Positions 61,765 through 64,000 of a stretch of 64,000 bases of DNA are shown piece by piece. Every line of letters starts with the position of its first letter. The stretch's first letter is position 1. Location of the stretch: positions 4,246-68,245 of IMG/VR virus record IMGVR_UViG_3300036768_001340; one strand, written 5' to 3'. The position numbers and the translations under genes were made by a program. The notes below the pieces were generated by a model. It did no database searches and was not told the DNA's origin. It was given only the letters and a program-made list of their open reading frames with translations. This DNA is from a virus.

Positions 61765-62211
61765 ATGGATCGCAAGCTTTCTCAGCTCGAGGAGCGCCTC
61801 GGGTACACGTGGAAGAGCCTCGCTCTCCTAGAGAGCGCCTTCGTCCACACGAGCTGGGCCAACGAGCAACGGCCAAAGTCTGCACCGAACGAGCGGCTCG
61901 AGTTCCTCGGCGACGCCGCCCTTGACCTGATCACGGCGGAGTACCTGATGGCCGCGATGCCTGACGTCCGTGAGGGACCGCTCTCCCAGGAGCGCGCTCG
62001 TCTGGTCAAGACCTACTCCCTTGCCCAGAGGGCCCGGGAGCTCGGCCTCGGCCAGCTGCTGCTGGTCGGCAAGGGCGCGGACTACCTCCGTGAGGTGGAG
62101 TCTGTGCTTGCCGACACTCTCGAGGCGGTCATCGGGGCGGCGTACATGGATGGCGGCCTCGAGGCTGCGCGAGTGGTGGCGCTCAACGCCGGCGTCCTTC
62201 GACAGACCTAA
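61765..62211 (+). CDS. rnc: Ribonuclease III catalytic domain only (no dsRBD)
   Basis: AFVH.S, NERLEFLGDAAL, EG.LS..RA.LV, LADTLEAVIGAAYMDGG; protein ends right after. Confidence 0.9.
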   Translation: MDRKLSQLEERLGYTWKSLALLESAFVHTSWANEQRPKSAPNERLEFLGDAALDLITAEYLMAAMPDVREGPLSQERARLVKTYSLAQRARELGLGQLLLVGKGADYLREVESVLADTLEAVIGAAYMDGGLEAARVVALNAGVLRQT

Positions 62212-62297
62212 CCCCAGGCGAGGGAGGAGCACTGCGCTCCGATCGCCTCTCCGATTATCCGCGTCGATGGTCGACGCGGCATAACAGGAGCACGAAG

Positions 62298-62597
62298 ATG
62301 GAGATGCTACCGCAGGCAGACTACGACATGCACCAGTCACGGTTCTTCATCGTCACAGCCTCCCTCGACGGAGAGACGTGGACCGACGACGAGCTGGTGG
62401 AGGGCAAGCCGATCCCGCGTGTCCGAGAGCTCCTCGGAGGACGCTGGAGCAGGAGCTCCTCCTACGGGACGTACATCAAGGCGTTCTTCAACGGTCAGAA
62501 GCGTGTCCTCGTCCTCGGATTCCCCCCGGACAAGACCAAGGAGGAGGTGCTGGCCGAGATGAAGCGTATCCGGGAGGGTCGGGAGGACCGGTCGTGA
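62298..62597 (+). CDS. Hypothetical protein
   Basis: AGGAG RBS. Confidence 0.65.
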   Translation: MEMLPQADYDMHQSRFFIVTASLDGETWTDDELVEGKPIPRVRELLGGRWSRSSSYGTYIKAFFNGQKRVLVLGFPPDKTKEEVLAEMKRIREGREDRS

Positions 62598-62887
62598 GCC
62601 GCTGGCACGGGGCACAGGAGCTCTACACGGAGCTCGGTCCGCTGGCCGACTCCTTTATGGAGTTCGTCGCGGCCCAGGATGCCCACTGGAAGGATGAGGG
62701 CTCCAACTTTGAGCCGTTAGATAAGTGGCTCGAAGATCGTTGGGGTTCGATCTTCTTCACAGGTGGGGGTAGGGCTCTCGAAATCGTCGTGTACGAACAG
62801 ACGGGACAGTACTGCGGCTCATTCCGCTACGACCCGGACACCGGATCATGGCAGGACCTTGAGTCTGGCTTCACGTACACTGTCTGA
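62594..62887 (+). CDS. Hypothetical protein
   Basis: GGAGG RBS; GTGA coupling. Confidence 0.6.
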   Translation: MSRWHGAQELYTELGPLADSFMEFVAAQDAHWKDEGSNFEPLDKWLEDRWGSIFFTGGGRALEIVVYEQTGQYCGSFRYDPDTGSWQDLESGFTYTV

Positions 62888-62907
62888 AGTACAACAGGAG
62901 CAAACCG

Positions 62908-63537
62908 ATGCAGATCAAGATCAGGCATCATCAAACCAACAACACGCTCTACATGACGCACGTCGAAGACGACGATCAGCACCCGATCCGAACGGCGTTG
63001 GAGAGAGCGGTCGTCGCCGGCGTGAACCTCTCCGGCGCAGACCTCTCCAAAGCAGACCTCATCAACATGAACCTCAGCGGCGCGAACCTCAGCGACGCGA
63101 ACCTTTATGCCGCAGATCTCCGCGGCACCGATCTCATCGGCACAGACCTCCGCGGTACCAGCTTTTATGGTGCGGACCTCCGTGGCGTTGATTTCACCAA
63201 CGCAAACCTCACCGACGCTGACTTTGGCGTGAGATACGAGGACGTCCCGGTCGTCCTGAAGCTCGATGCTCGGATCCTTGAGTTGCTCGAGTCCGGACAA
63301 GGCAAGCTCGACATGGGTAATTGGCACACGTGCGAGACGACGCACTGCCGCGCCGGCTGGGCCGTAGTGCTGGCCGGTGACGTTGGCCACAAGCTCGAAG
63401 CAAAGATCGGGACGGCCGCTGCCGGGGCGCTGATCTACCATCGTTCAACCGGGCGGATCCCGGACTTCTTCACGAGCAACAAGGATGCGCTCGCCGACAT
63501 CATCGCTTGCGCACATGACCAAGGAGGTATCCGATGA
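62908..63537 (+). CDS. Pentapeptide-repeat protein with C-terminal WHTCETTHCRAGW domain
   Basis: A(D/N)Lxx array followed by a Cys/His motif domain. Confidence 0.9.
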   Translation: MQIKIRHHQTNNTLYMTHVEDDDQHPIRTALERAVVAGVNLSGADLSKADLINMNLSGANLSDANLYAADLRGTDLIGTDLRGTSFYGADLRGVDFTNANLTDADFGVRYEDVPVVLKLDARILELLESGQGKLDMGNWHTCETTHCRAGWAVVLAGDVGHKLEAKIGTAAAGALIYHRSTGRIPDFFTSNKDALADIIACAHDQGGIR

Positions 63538-64000
63538 AGACCGTCGAGATCAAGAACCGCTGGACCGGTGCCGTGCTCTATGTGACGAAGGTCGCGGATG
63601 ACGATCCGTACCCGATCCGAACGGCGTTGGAGAAAGCGGTCATCGACAGCATGGACCTCTCCGGCGCGTACCTCTATGGCGCGGACCTCGTCGGCACGAA
63701 CCTCTCCGGCGCGTACCTCGTCGGCGCGTACCTCATCGGCGCGGACCTCTCCGGCGCGAACCTCTCCAGCGCGAACCTCACCAGCGCGTACCTCGTCGGC
63801 GCGAACCTCGTCGGTGCGAACCTCACCGGCACGAACCTCACCGGCACGAACCTCCGTGGCGTGAACCTCACCGGCGCGAACCTCGGCGGTGCAAAGTACG
63901 ACGACGTGCCGGTCGTTCGAGGACTTGACGCCAAGATCCTCAAGCTGATCGAATCCGGAGACGGCCAGCTCAATATGGCCGCCTGGCACACGTGCGAGAC
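63534..64000 (+). CDS. Pentapeptide-repeat protein, tandem paralogue; runs off the right end
   Basis: Not in the track. Hand-translated MKTVEIKNRWTGAVLY...PIRTALEKAV..(GAxLx)n..DVPVV..LDAKIL..WHTCE. Confidence 0.9.
   Translation, partial: MKTVEIKNRWTGAVLYVTKVADDDPYPIRTALEKAVIDSMDLSGAYLYGADLVGTNLSGAYLVGAYLIGADLSGANLSSANLTSAYLVGANLVGANLTGTNLTGTNLRGVNLTGANLGGAKYDDVPVVRGLDAKILKLIESGDGQLNMAAWHTCE

Noticed and set aside
63650-63895. Diversity-generating retroelement target (NNC variation in 15-bp repeats)
   Set aside because: No reverse transcriptase or template repeat in the window; the variation fits normal pentapeptide positions plus GC3 bias and includes non-adenine changes.
1-64000. Genome-wide stop-codon reassignment
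   Set aside because: Genes are long and intact in the standard code; TGA, TAG and TAA all terminate genes, often in ATGA/TGATG couplings. Only one internal TGA was found.

Overview
A 64-kb segment of a large contractile-tailed (myovirus-like, probably jumbo) bacteriophage genome; no cellular housekeeping genes are visible. 1-19.3 kb (minus strand): baseplate/tail-appendage module (gp25-like, gp6/baseplate-J, wedge, spike, FN3/LamG/Ig-domain proteins, many rich in [ST]-[GA]-S tripeptides). 19.3-21 kb: a sigma-factor-like gene and small genes. 21-39.3 kb: a ~20-gene sugar-nucleotide/glycosyltransferase cluster that includes most of an ADP-heptose pathway. 39.4-41.5 kb: a PD-(D/E)XK nuclease, an AT-rich 18-bp tandem array with a structured non-coding flank (origin-like) and a C39 peptidase. 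41.5-44.5 kb: a minus-strand RNA operon of 11 tRNA or tRNA-like genes, most non-canonical. It includes two Arg-anticodon RNAs with no D-arm at the normal position, Lys and Ile(UAU) tRNAs with long variable arms and an 8/4 tRNA-Ser, and is headed by a YkuK nuclease and a structured ncRNA with 6S-like features. 44.5-51 kb: DNA glycosylases and small genes. From ~49 kb GC rises visibly, and from 51.2 kb small plus-strand 'early-type' genes dominate: an AcrIII-1/DUF1874 homologue with His->Tyr at the catalytic site, pentapeptide-repeat proteins, a mini RNase III, lipoproteins, phased repeat arrays, AT-rich islands and three anticodon-defective tRNA-like elements upstream of genes. All family calls come from motif recognition by eye; no database searches were run. 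The host is unknown (a high-GC bacterium such as a myxobacterium is only a guess).
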